Positions 40,394 through 53,872 of a stretch of 64,000 nucleotides of DNA are shown in pieces (the first letter of the stretch is position 1; each line of letters starts with the position of its first letter). The notes beneath the pieces were generated by a model, which did not search any database, was not told where the DNA came from, and saw only the letters and a list, made by a program, of their open reading frames with translations. The translations under genes were made by a program, and so were the position numbers. Origin of the DNA: Octopus sinensis. Its lineage: Eukaryota. The DNA lies in NCBI RefSeq assembly GCF_006345805.1, contig NC_043005.1, positions 103,354,001-103,418,000 on the forward strand. The letters are read 5' to 3'.

Positions 40394-42156
40394 TTACAGA
40401 TTTATGCTTAAAATAGTGTCGTCTTTCATACTGACCATTTTTGCCACTTTTACCCACTTTTTATTAAAACATTCGTTCGACAAAGCCTTCCTCTCTATTC
40501 TCATCCTCCTTTTCAAGTGGTACTTGAAAAAGTTGACGAGAGACTGACCAGAGAGGAAGGTGTTTGTTTGCAGTCCTTTCAAACGCGTCCACCACACACA
40601 TTCTTTCGCCATAGCCATCAGCGTAACGAAAACCGTTTTCCCTTCCCGTTTAAAGGAAGGTGGTGGAACAATATTCACAATAGACTCGGCCGATAGGCGA
40701 GCCTGACCTACACGTGACAACAGCTGTTCGACGAAGGACCACAGCTCTGAAATATCTGGACACTGCACGAGTGCGTGCAGAACGGTTTCGTCGCTCTGAC
40801 CGCATCTCGGGCAGGTCGGTCCGGTGATGGTTTTCGAACCGTGTCTGTAGCTCTTCTCTCGAACAGGTAGTGCGTCTCGATAGCACTGCCAAGCCAGGGA
40901 TTTCTGAAGTTATCCATAGGCCCGGCACGAACGTCGTCCTGAACTGGCGGGTTAGGAATTCCTCGTCGACGCCCAGGTTTGCCCCGTGTGTCGTCGGACC
41001 TCCCCTCCACTAGTCCTCTATAGAACGCTTTAGTCGTTTGGAAGTTGCACAAGTTTGACCCCGGTCGGCAGAGCTGCTGTAGAGCTTGGCGACACTCTCG
41101 GTGCCAATCGCCCAGTTTCGGTCTCTTTTTGATCCACGTTTGCAGTTCGGTCAGTGAGACGAGCTGCGGGAAGTCGCGCCTCACAAACGGCGCCCACACC
41201 TGTTCACCGTCGTCGATGATTTCCAGAGATGTCGCAGTCTCAGCGCATGCCTGCGCATCATCAACCACGGCATGCCCAGTCCTCCATTCAACGGATGTTG
41301 ACAGCAAATGGACTTCCTCACCATCGGAACGCCACCCTTCCACAGGAAGCAGAAGAGTATGCGTTCCAGTTTGGTGATGGTGGCGTCGGGACAAGGTACG
41401 ACGGTCAGGCGGTAATCGATGACGGATGCGATGTACGCGTTCGCCACCTCCGCCCGGCCTTTTAGAGACAGCTTTCTCTCGGCCCATGTTTGGCTGAGAG
41501 CGACCACTCTACTCGTGATCTCGTCCCAGTTCTTATCCATTTGGAGGTCCGGACTGAACCAGACCCCGAGCAATTTAACCGGTCCGTCCGTCCAGCGTCC
41601 CACTCCTGAGCCGCAGTCGGACGGCATGGGCTTGCTTCTCCAGGTGCCGAGTAGCAAACCCACTGACTTTTCCGGGTTAATCTTTGCTCCCGTCACCGTT
41701 TCATATTTTCTTAGTGTCTTGCCGACCAGCTCGATGTGCTGGTAGCTCGACACTATGACGGTGACATCGTCCGCATATGCCGACACGCTCGTCTCGCAAC
41801 CCAGTTCCCGTGGGATGCCCCTCAGTGTCGCCAGCTTCCGCAGTAGCGGCTCGAGAGTCAATACATACAGAAGCGCCGACAGGGGACACCCCTGACGGAC
41901 CGAACGCGTGATGTCAAACGGTTTAGACAGGTGACCGTTTACCCGAATCACCGATCGGATGCCGCTATACAAGGCAGCGATCCAACCGCGGAAGACGGGA
42001 CCGAAGCCAGCCGCCAAGTACCGATGGTCGACCCTATCGAAGGCTTTAGACTGATCCAAATTTATCAGCGCCCCACCCATGCCAGGATCCTTAACTACCC
42101 TGTCCACAATGTAGCGCATCAGATGGAGGTTGTCATGTATGGTTCTGCCCGGCACG
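40394..42156 (-). pseudogene. Truncated ORF2 (RT C-terminal part + zinc knuckle) of copy D
   Basis: ORF 41181..42155 has DQSKAFDRVDH, VRQGCPLS and YADD; ORF 40394..40768 is the C-terminus. Confidence 0.9.
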
Positions 42157-43471
42157 AGAAAACATTTGTCTTCTCGTCAGTGTTTTCTGTCTTTTTAATT
42201 GTCGTCCTGGGTGTGGGTGTGGGTCGATTTTTTGAAGATTCAACAAGTTTAATTGGTTGTGACGTCAACGGTGATTGTGTTGGTACTGTTTTTCTTGGTG
42301 ATGTTGTTGGGGTTTGTTGTTTTTCTTGGCGTTGTTCCATAATTGAGTGTGTTGGTGTTGGTGTTGGCAACAAAGGGATTTTATTTGTTTTCTGAATTGT
42401 TCTTTCTTGTTTTTTCTGTACCAGATCGCACTTGGCAATCAAATGTTCGGGGCTGCCACATTTGTAGCATCTAGGCTTTTTGCCTTCTGCCATAACATAT
42501 AGGCATTGCCCATTCTCCAAGTATATCTTGTCGGGTAGGCTCTCGATAGAGGCCCCCTCAATCTGGATGGTCACAACTACTGTTTTTCCACCCCAATTGT
42601 CGTTTAGGTACACGGCTGTTTCTAGAATATTGATCTTTTTCAAGTGGTAACAGATTGCCCCTGTTATCCATTTGTTCGGCATATCGGGGGGTACATTTCT
42701 GATAGTAATTCTACTCACCCTCTGGTTTTTATAATAAGGGACCATGATGATTTCATCATTTCCCAGAGACTCAGTAGAGTGAGCTTTTGCCACTTCCTGG
42801 TTAGGGAAGCGGACCACTACTGTGTTAAACTGGGGACCCCAGTTTATATACTCTTTTCTTTCATTATGTTTTTTAAACATTTCTCCACATCAGTTTTTGT
42901 AATCTGTTCATTTGGTTTTTTGTTTTTTCTAATAATTATATACAATTGTCTTATTTTCAATTTCTTGTTTTATATGTTGGGTGTATGCAGGACTAAATCT
43001 TGTCCACGGGTTGTAAAGAGAGCTCTTGTTTCTATGAGCTCTTCATTTGTGAATGTAACAATCTCCTTTTTCTGGCGAAGAATATCTGCGAAATTTACTG
43101 TTGTTGACTTTTGTATTAGCATCTTCACTATTAGATAGTTCATTTTTATTGTTGTCTTGTGTTGCTGTTGTTTTTGTCAATAGTTTTCGTTTCAGTTTTA
43201 TTTTTATCATTTATGTTGTCGTGGTAGTGGTGGTGGTGGTGGTGGAGGTGGTGGTGGTAGCAGTTATTGTCTCGTGGTTGCTGTTGTTAGAGGTGGTGGT
43301 GGCGGTGGTGACAGGGCTGTTAACGCACGTGGTTGCAGCGTTCCTTTCACCGAATTTCACGTTGGCATTTTCCGTGCGAACGTTCTTTTTTTTCTCTGTC
43401 GTTTCCAGACTAGGAAAATTTTGTTCCAAAAGAGAACGCGACCAGCGTTCAACAATAAAATTTCTAGACAT
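42157..43471 (-). pseudogene. ORF1 of copy D (T-rich N-terminus, RRM-like region, CCHC knuckle), 3'-deleted
   Basis: ORFs 43211..43471 and 42119..42880; CX2CX4HX4C motif. Confidence 0.78.
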
Positions 43472-43668
43472 TTTCTAATGTCGAGAAGAAAATAACAGAA
43501 ATGAAATGGGGTCGAAACTGCCCTAGGGGCGAATTCCTCCTTGGAAAATCACTCAAACGAAGTTGGTTGCCTTACACACCTTATTTGCAAAAATCTACAC
43601 AAAAATTGGCCTATAAATAGTCAAAATAAATGATTACCTTCGGAGCTGAAACGACATCACATCCGTCA

Positions 43669-43896
<228 letters not shown>

Positions 43897-44019
43897 TCAG
43901 ATATTTTTGTTAACCACACAGGGCTGCACACAGACGGGACAGATCACAAAGTAGAGCTTTTCCTTTTGGGGAGAAAAGAAGAAAAAAAGTGGGGTAGTTT
44001 TTCAATCAAAAGGGATCGT

Positions 44020-44020
<1 letters not shown>
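43897..44020 (-). mobile_element. Tx1 copy E: ~125-bp 3'-UTR-only fragment in (GATA)n
   Basis: CCACACAGGGCTGCACACAGA...GTAGAGCTTTTC...TCAAAAGGGATCGTAA matches the 3' UTR of copies A/C; GATA on both sides. Confidence 0.88.

Positions 44021-44100
<80 letters not shown>
44021..44100. repeat. (GATA)n array at the 5' truncation side of copy E
   Basis: Direct reading. Confidence 0.95.
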
Positions 44101-44981
44101 GTGTTGTTCGTGAGCGCGCGCGTGTGTATGTGTGAGTATGCATATGCGTATTTCTGTGTGTGTCTGTTTGTGTCTGTGCGCTATGTGTATGACTGTCTTG
44201 ATATGTATTTTATTATTGATCTGTCAATAAAGCCGGAATGATAAAGATGTAGGGCTCACCATGGTTTGAAATCAAGACATCACGATCTGTACGCTTTCCG
44301 TAATATAGCCATGTGATGGTAATATCAAAAAACCTGCGGAGAACCGAATACCTTATTGTCCAACTGCTGTGATTCATAATCAATTTCTTTTGAAGCGAGC
44401 GTGAATCTAATATCGAAAGTAATTTGTGGCACGAGTACTATACATCAAAAGCAACGGACTGAAGGAGTACGTGACTCTACAGCAATATATCAGAGGAGTA
44501 CATCCTGAAGGTTATATAATTTGGTGATGTGTGCCTTTAGAAATGAGTGTGACATATTGTGTTCAAGAGATTGGGTTAAAGATTTCAAAAAATAGACAAC
44601 GTTTAAAGCAAAGAATATTTTAAAAAACAAATGAAGTAGTTAAACAATAATTAATATTATTCTAATTATTTGACTTAAAGGAAGAAGGTTTATGCTAATT
44701 GTTTTTACTCTTATCAGTGAATCATAGGTTTCAAGGTACGTACCGGGGTAGCGATGAAAGGGGAGAGTACACCAGGATACACGGTTGAAACATGTTGTTT
44801 GAAGAAGAAATCCTCGTGAATATTGACAGCGAAGCTTGTATTTATATAGCAAATGTAAGGAAATGTTGAAATACGAAGTCCCAACTATTGGGAAGCGAGA
44901 AAAACTCTATATTTGTCAATAACGCACACACAAAACCATACGGTTGTATGTTATAAATATATCTGTGTATGTCTGATTGTG

Positions 44982-45020
<39 letters not shown>

Positions 45021-45147
45021 ATGCATACACACACCAATACACATATATATACACACATATGCATATCTACATATGTGTATAAACACAAGCAAATATGTAT
45101 TTATATTCATATATATATGTATATATGTCTCTCTGTGTGTATGTATG

Positions 45148-45197
<50 letters not shown>

Positions 45198-45375
45198 TGC
45201 ATACAGAAAGAGAGGGAGAGAGAGAGAGAAATAAGCTATCACGTTGTATATATGTATATATATATATATACTATAAATATGCATATGCGTGTGTATATAT
45301 ATATATTATATATATATATATATAATATATATATATATATACTATAAATATGCATATGCGTGTGTATATATATAT

Positions 45376-45406
<31 letters not shown>

Positions 45407-45710
45407 TATAATATATATATATTATATATATATATATTATATATATATATATATATGTGCATATATATAGATAGATAAATAGACAGATATATAGATACAT
45501 ACATACATACATAGATGCATGTACATAAGTATATTCACTTGCATATACGCATTGCACTCGCACTTACACACACGCACTCAATGGTATTTCACTACCCTAC
45601 TCCATATTGATAAGAGCAGCTAATAGAAAGAAGTAGTTTGACATTTGAAAACCTGTTATAACCTATCACGGCTTTTTGTGAAGAGGTCAGCTTGGGAAAG
45701 GTTAACATGA

Positions 45711-45749
<39 letters not shown>

Positions 45750-46269
45750 CCTCTCTCACTTTCTCTCTCTCATTCTCTCCCTCTCTTTCCCACACTCTTT
45801 CATTCTCTTTCTGTTTCTCGCTCTCTTCCCGTCTGTCCCCTTTCTCTCCCTACTTTTCTCGCCTTCCTCTCCTCTATCTCTTGAATCTTCTCAAGGGGGA
45901 TTAACATAACTAGATTGTTGATACTCTTTAATTGACTATCATTCTCAATATCCACAAAAACAAAAGCAACAACAAAGCAAACAGTGAAGAAGCATCTATG
46001 CCGTCTCTTAGCAGTGCTAGAAATAGCAACCCAATCTTCTTCAAATCAAACGAAGCTATTTCACGAAATAGAATAACATAAAATGCAAGACCATTTTTTA
46101 AAACATGTGAAATACATGTCTTGGATGAGGTGGCCGTAAATAAGTAAACGAAATGTTCAAGTCTTAGCAATAAGAGAAACAAAGTCGACAACAACGATGA
46201 TGAAGACAACAAATGACAATGTAACAGTAACGTCTGACCGAATGTCAATAGGATTCAACAGAAGTGCTA

Positions 46270-46705
46270 TAAGTGGTTGCTCGAGTTGATATATATAAAG
46301 GGGGAGTTCACGAAAAAAACAAAAGACGAAGACAGGTGGTGTACAAAACGAACAGATGTATTAGTATTATGCTCAGGAATAGAAAAAGTCTTTTACGTTT
46401 CGAGCCTAGGCTCTTCTACAGAAAGGGACACAGAAAAAAAAACAAGGAGAGAAGAAAATACAGGAAATTTTAGAAAGTATAAAAATAAAGTAATGATAAT
46501 AATAGCAGTTTTACGTTCAAGGTTTTTAAGTTCAAAAGTTTTGACGTCGTGGTGTATTGCAAGGATTTCTCATCAAGAGTAGAGTCCACAGTGATCCGTA
46601 GGTAGGAGAGTTGCAGGTGGAGGGTAAATGTCCAAAAGAGAATCCGTAAAGGGTAGATAGAAAGTCCAGTGGAGAGGTTCGTGTGTGATAAGAAATGACA
46701 GGATC
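46270..46705 (-). mobile_element. Probable Penelope-like element 3' remnant
   Basis: Contains a minimal hammerhead-like motif, shares TTCCTGAGCAT downstream of the motif with 49860-50050, and has a weak frameshifted match to a GIY-YIG C-terminus (..TLHLQLSYLRITV). Confidence 0.45.
46390..46425 (-). ncRNA. Degenerate minimal type I hammerhead ribozyme motif
   Basis: CTTT-CTGTAGA-A-GAGC-CTAG-GCTC-GAAA-CGTA-AAAG: stem I CTTT/AAAG, stem II GAGC/GCTC, palindromic ACGT helix III. The core has CTGTAGA instead of CTGANGA. Confidence 0.6.
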
Positions 46706-46706
46706 A

Positions 46707-47640
46707 CAGTAGTGGGTACGGTCCCGCTAATCCGATAACAGCTAATTAACGAAGCTAACTTTTCGTTTAGCGGATTAGCATTATCACTAACCTTTGAAGC
46801 CTTTATCGCACCAATTAGCTTCTGCTGAGAAAATTCATACGCTTGTTCTTGTCTGTTGTGGGCGTGTCTAGAAGAGCTCGTTAGGCACGCTATTAGATGA
46901 TTACGTGTACATATGACAAGACGTGACTGGTCGACGCAGCAGCAGCAAGCTGAGCAGCCCTGTGTAATGCTGCACTTTTAAGTTGTGTTCACTTACGACG
47001 TTTTCACATTACGAACAATCTTACAGTGTTAGCAACAACAGCGTACGTTATTGGTTTATCAAGTTATCGCCTATCGTTATGAAAGAATACGTTTTTGTTT
47101 GTCCTGGGGATAAATGGCCTGTTGAGGTGTCTGCAACGGTTGTGAGTGAGGCAGAGTTCGCCCACAGGAGTCTCAGAACTCGTGGGCTCACATGGAAAAC
47201 TAATTTGTCCTTATCTCAAGGAATAAGAGAAATGCCTATACTTCCGGTGCGTCATCATCTAGGAACAAGTGGCGAACCTCTACAACTTAAAGCCGCATAT
47301 CCCAAAAGAAAACACACAGCGCATGCCATCCAGTTTCAGGAGAGAATTAAGGCCCACTCTTCCCGTTGAAAACAGACAATCTTCTGATAGCAGTGCAAGT
47401 AGCCAGTCATCGTAGCCATGTGCAAAGAAAGCACGCTAACCCAGCATTGGCGAGGCGTTTGCCCAAACTGCTGGCACTGGTGTCCGTCAGTCTATGGTGG
47501 ACAAAAGGATTGTAGACTTGTTGCTCGACAACATGCTACCGCTGCATGTAGTGGAGTCCCCACCTTGGCCGGCCTGAACCCCAGTAAGACGTCGATGATT
47601 CGCCGCACTCTGGGTAGGTTAATCTTGGTCAGCCATAAAC
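46707..47640 (+). mobile_element. hAT (Tol2/Ac-like) DNA transposon 5' remnant with a degraded transposase
   Basis: CAGTAGTGGG terminus; subterminal inverted repeat GCTAATCCG (46726) / CGGATTAGC (46771); degraded BED finger (PYLKE..FRC..NLKPHI); VRQSMVDKRIVDLLLDNMLPLHVVESP..LNP..RRTL resembles the hAT region after the BED finger. Confidence 0.6.
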
Positions 47641-47848
47641 AAGTGCAGTTGTATCTTACAAGATATTTATAATTAAAATTATATAAGATTATTAAATTAC
47701 TATTATGACGTACTTCATATTTTCTTAATTTAATTTAATTATGTAATTATTTATTAAATAATTATTTTCTTAATTATTTGTAATAAAATATATCATAGCT
47801 ATTTGAAATAGATATCATGATATATAATATACGGTATATATATATTAC

Positions 47849-47936
<88 letters not shown>

Positions 47937-48781
47937 TATATAAAAATGCAACATTCTACTCATGATTAAATCTGCACAGCCAGCACAGCGGGCTTTAATG
48001 AAATAACGAATAAACGAACCTTAAGTTCTGAACTTATCAAATTCCGACCATCATTCCATCTTTCATCTTGGTTATTCATCACCCCAACTCGTCACCTATC
48101 AAGGTAGTGTCACCATTTTCAAAAGTTTTATAACAAAACTTTTAAATTATAAACAACATTTCCATGAATTTAGAACAGACGAGTAACAAATGTTAAACAG
48201 CAACCTGAGTGATTTCTATATAATTAAAAGATACTGCGATGAAATGTCCTGTCTCCTTCCTACCCGCGAAAAATTGTACAAATCACGTGCTCACAAAAGC
48301 CATTACAACTTGCGTGGAGATGCGAATGAGAAGCAAGATTTTTTTTCATTTAGTAGGCCTTGATCATACTTTGCATCAGTATATATATATAGCGAAGGTG
48401 AATTATTTCCTTGGTTTCAAACTGCTACTAATCACCTTGATTATTTTATAATTTTTTACATTGCCATCTTGTGAAATCAGTCATGGATTCCAATAGCATT
48501 CTTCATAATATTGACAAAGTGATTTGGCCTCTCCCAAATGTGATGAAGTATGCGTTACTGATGAGTATTAATTTCCTATACGAAATTAGCATGCTAATCT
48601 AAGGCATCTCGCTCACAGTGAGGGTTTTCTCTCCTTTCAATACAAAGAGACCATGTGCTTTCGTGGCTAAGAAGTCTACGTCTCCTATCCTAGCAATGCT
48701 GGTATTCACTTCGCTCTTGCCACTATTAGTGACGGTAAATTATTTCCTTATTTGTTTTAAATTGCTGCTAGCCACCTTGAT

Positions 48782-48843
<62 letters not shown>

Positions 48844-49054
48844 GTAATTTTAAGTTCTTAACTTTACAATTTATGCCTCTACAAATCAGTCTGCTAATGA
48901 AACTGAGTGTCTTGTGTGTGTGTGTGTGTGTGTGAGTGCGCGCGTGCGTGTGTGTGTGTGTGCGTGCGTGTGTGTGTGTCGTGACAGAGAACGGGGGAGA
49001 AACACTTAGATACGAATACAAGATGTCGTTAGTGTTTTGTTTATATTGTTGCAG

Positions 49055-49112
49055 GCCGACACCTACAGAAAAGATATGAGCCAGGGAAAGATTCCAGAGA
49101 GCTTATGTTCAG
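49055..49112 (+). CDS. Candidate 58-nt internal exon of an unidentified host gene
   Basis: ttttgtttatattgttgcag|GCCGAC...GTTCAG|gtatgt; two open frames (ADTYRKDMSQGKIPESLCS or RHLQKRYEPGKDSRELMF); protein not recognised. Confidence 0.35.
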
Positions 49113-49678
49113 GTATGTAAAGACTGTTCATAGCGGTTAGTGCGAGCCTGGAGTTTTGGACGTAACAAGAGTGAGCAGAGGTTGAGAGACAAGTGGGCCG
49201 GCAACGCCTGAGTATAGGATTTGGAAGGACAGCTAGCTGGTGAGTTTTAATAAATATATACACCAGCGGTGGTGCCCCAGCATGGCCGCGGGCTTCGGGC
49301 TAAGACATTTTTAAGGATTTAAGGATTTACACCAAAAATAATATCTAGAACATAATTTTCTTTAAAATGGATCTTAAAATGACCTCACACCTAATTTTTT
49401 GTCATTTTTTAGCCAGTTACTTACTGAGGGTGCTATTATGTGATTTGGTCGATTATCGACAAATCCATTCAAATACTACGGAAAACAGTGCATGAAATAT
49501 CTTGTTTGTGGGTTTTGCTTATTAAAAAATGGCATCTTCCTTCATTTTTTAAAGATAAGCCTTCACATGGATAACATGCGTTTTCCTCATAGGCTCTGTG
49601 TGTGCATTGAAAAGGGTTTATTGTTAACTGTGTGTGTGTATGTGTGTGAGAGTATGTGTATGTGTGTGCATGCGTATT

Positions 49679-49788
<110 letters not shown>

Positions 49789-49859
49789 TCTATGTACGTC
49801 ATATTTATTATATATTCATATATATATATATATACATATGTGTGTGTGTGTGTGACCGC

Positions 49860-50050
49860 GTGTGTATCGTTGGTGATTATTTTCTCTGTCTTCCCTTCCT
49901 TGGATCTTTCCTTTTCCCATGTCTCTGACGAAGAGCTCCGCTCGAAGCGTTAAATCCTCCTTCTTTCTTTCTTTTCCTGAGCATCCAATAACACTATATT
50001 TGTTCCACGTCCTCGCGTTGTTGTGTTTTCACTTTGTGTTTTATGTTTGG
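49860..50050 (+). mobile_element. Penelope-like pLTR fragment with a degenerate hammerhead motif (49921-49956)
   Basis: GTCT-CTGACGA-A-GAGC-TCC-GCTC-GAAG-CGTT-AAAT: intact CTGACGA and stem II, but GAAA is changed to GAAG and stem I is imperfect. Confidence 0.55.
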
Positions 50051-50052
50051 AT

Positions 50053-50290
<238 letters not shown>

Positions 50291-50644
50291 GTTCAAGCAA
50301 TATCGATTTTTAGAAAGAGTCTTTCACGAGAAAGTCCATCATATTTATACACACACATACACTCACGCACAAACACACGCACACATATATTAAAAAATTG
50401 TTATTAATCGAAATAAGAAAAGTAATTGAAATGAAGTGGATAATGCACAGACAAAAATTAGTATGAATTAGAACTCAATTATATTTTTAAAAAGGGGAAG
50501 ACACTTGACCGGTTTCACAATGGAATTTCAAAAGTGTAAACTGTAAGTAGGTGTGTTTCCCATTATGTCTGCTCTGGTCATTGTTATAAAAATAGTTCGT
50601 TTTAAAGTCGGAATGTGGTTATGTATTTATGTACGTCATATTAT

Positions 50645-50725
<81 letters not shown>

Positions 50726-50846
50726 TTTATCTATCTACCCATTTATCTATCTATCTATCTATCTATCTACCTATCTATGCATTTATCCATCTACCCATTT
50801 ATCTATCTATCTATTTATCTGTCTATCTAACTATCTCTCTCTCTCC

Positions 50847-50881
<35 letters not shown>

Positions 50882-52146
50882 CAGACAGAGAGACAGAGAG
50901 AGACAGACAGACAGACGCCAGTGCTTGTATGCTTATATATAAGTCTATATTATACATTGAACCGTTTACATTTCCAATATCCTGTCTAGTTAGTTTAGTG
51001 AGAAATTGCGATACAGTTTTTATGCGAATGGAAGAAGAAATATCAAACAATCACACGGCTACAAATGCTCATAGCCATGTTCATATGGTATGTATTGATG
51101 TAAGAATAACAATAGTCTGATGTGAATAACCTGATGTGAAAAGAAATGGATCCACAAGTTTTTGTCAATAATTGCTTGTGTAGACGTTCATAACTGGATG
51201 GTAGGATGGTTGAATGATAATTATCAACATTATAATTTTCTGACTTGGCAGTCAGAAAAATTGGATATCAGTTAAAGCAGTAGCTGTTATTAATGTAGTT
51301 ATAAAGTTGTATATAAGGCTCTGTGTACATGTGAAACTCAATAATTAGCTTATATATATATGCTTAAATGTATGTGTGTGTGTGTATGTATGTACATATA
51401 TGTGTGTGTTTATATATAAATATATATATATATACATATAAGAAGGAATACCACTAAGTGGGCATCCATTATGCTAGAAGTCGACCCGCTATGGTCTTAC
51501 TACTAAGAAAGGAATGTTCTCAAGATAATTTAGCAAACGCCAGAACGTAAGCGAGCAAGACAAATGAAACGATACAAAATATACAGATTAATCACAAACC
51601 CGGTTTCTTTGTTACCACTTACGTAATTACTTACGGAGATGTCGGCAACTCGTCAGTGTGTCCGTCATAGCAAAATATAACATGCAGAACTATACACTAC
51701 ACAAGACGTCCGCATGAGATTGAATATGTATATAGTTCTACCAGTTACAGTTGGGGTTATATTTCAAAAGTCTTCCTTTTGGTTCGCCAAAATACCGGAA
51801 ATAATTCTGCAGAAAATAATTCACTGCAGTGAATTTTGCCGGTTTGAGAACATAGTTATTTGAATTTAAATTTAAAATAATAAGGGTTTGTGATTAAACT
51901 GTATATTTTGTATCTTTTCATTTGTCTTGCTCGCTTCCATTCTGACGTTTACTAAATTATCTTTGGAACATTCCTTTCTTAGTGGTAAGATCATAGAGGA
52001 CGACTTCTAGCATAATGGATGTCCACTTAGTGGTGATCCAACTTATATGTATGTAAAATAATTTTTTTGAATCTTCAGCTTTTTCTATATGTTAGACTAC
52101 TGATTTTAAATTGATATTAATCAAATTAATATTCTATTTTTCACCC

Positions 52147-52147
<1 letters not shown>

Positions 52148-52210
<63 letters not shown>

Positions 52211-52225
52211 TACTATTATTATTAC

Positions 52226-52258
<33 letters not shown>

Positions 52259-52278
52259 TATTATTATTATTATTATTA

Positions 52279-52332
<54 letters not shown>

Positions 52333-52365
52333 GCATTATTATTATTATATTATTATTATTATTAT
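52148..52365. repeat. (TTA)n microsatellite
   Basis: Direct reading; it explains the poly-L/poly-I ORFs. Confidence 0.95.
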
Positions 52366-52493
52366 ATATATGTATATATATTGTTTCGATACATATAGTT
52401 CTACGTATAATACAGGGTTTTAAATTCAAATTTAAATCTAATTAAATTAGATAACGATTTACCTTATAATAAGATCCATACGTATCTCCTCAG

Positions 52494-52515
52494 GGGATAT
52501 TCAATCGGTGTCTCC
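52494..52515 (+). CDS. Candidate 22-nt micro-exon
   Basis: tatctcctcag|GGGATATTCAATCGGTGTCTCC|gtaagt. It stays open when joined to 49055-49112 in either of that exon's open frames. Confidence 0.22.
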
Positions 52516-52585
52516 GTAAGTACATCTTGACTTTGATGCCATTACATCAATGTCTCCTTTGAACACACATCAACCATATATATAT

Positions 52586-52658
<73 letters not shown>

Positions 52659-52718
52659 TTATTTATTTATTTTTATATATGCATACATTACATTACATTA
52701 TTTGTATTAAATAATTCG

Positions 52719-52751
<33 letters not shown>

Positions 52752-53639
52752 CGTTTATTACATATAATGTAATATCGTTATTTTCCTAGTTTTTTTTAGA
52801 GGTTTCATTTGTACAATTCAACTTGCATATTGCAACTCATTTATTCAAAGATTTTTTTTTTGTCAATCTCTTTCATTTGCTCATTGGTAATAGTGTCCTG
52901 TGTTCTTATACGAAACGTCTTTATTTACATTTTATATTTAGTTATAACGTAATTTCAATGTACTTTTAAATTTTGTTCTGTCACAGGTACCTATAAATGT
53001 GTGTGTGTACTAATACGTGCATGTGTACGAGTGTGTACGAGTGTGTACGCATGTGTACGAGTGTGTGTGTGTTTATATGTATGTATGTATAATACATACA
53101 TATCTGCTTCATGGACATTAAAAACCGTACGATCATGGTGTTAACAAACTATTCCAAACGAAAAAGTGGAGAAGAATCTTAAGATCCGTGCAGATAGTCT
53201 TCATGGCTGAATAATATCACTAAGATAACATCTGCTAAACAACGGCACTTCAGCAAATGGACCATAAAGAGAAATGAATTACATCCTGCAGTTCGGTAGG
53301 AAAATTCTCATGTAAAGCGATGCACAAATAGTTCTTGTAAACTTGAGGGAGAGGATATTTGACTCGTGACCATTACTTCACGAAGGTTATAGTTTTTCCG
53401 TCCGTGAAGCGGGAGAGAACTATGAAATATTTAAGGAATAAACGAGATACTTACACCCTAAAACTCCCAAGATGCAAGCGTAAATGTCTACTGTGAAGCA
53501 TATAACGCACTCTACCCACAACTACCCAAAAGTATCTTCGAAGCTCTCTTTCCCATTGTTATGATGTTGTTGCTAAAATATCTGCAGAAAATTATGTTGG
53601 GATAAATATAAGCACACGTGTTAACTGAATACTACACAA

Positions 53640-53872
53640 GAAACATCGTTGGAACAATCCTGTCATGTGCTTGCTAGACTTTTGTTTTGAATAGGCTGAT
53701 AGAAAAAATCCGTCCTACTGCCATTCTCGAATCACAAGTTGACTTAAGATCAGCTAGAGGAACAATCAACAAAATATTCTATGCTTTCAGATATACAAGA
53801 GAAACGAACCGAACAGCATGTGCCTTTTTATCAAGTCTTTGTTGATTTAACGAAAGCTTTTGATTCAGTTAA
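53640..53872 (+). mobile_element. Old RTE-clade LINE reverse transcriptase fragment
   Basis: Frameshifted LARLL..NRLIEKIRPTAILESQVDLRSARGTINKIF...VFVDLTKAFDSVN matches RTE RT (ESQCGFR.GRGT.D.IF, FVDLTKAFD). Confidence 0.75.

Larger units (their letters stand above)
40086..43668 (-). mobile_element. Tx1 copy D: both termini present, with a ~2-kb internal deletion (end of ORF1, EN and N-terminal RT)
   Basis: Same 5' terminus as copy B; ORF1 with CYKCGSPEHLIAKC; at ~42156 ORF1 sequence joins directly to RT VPGRTIHDNL; GATA on both sides. Confidence 0.92.
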
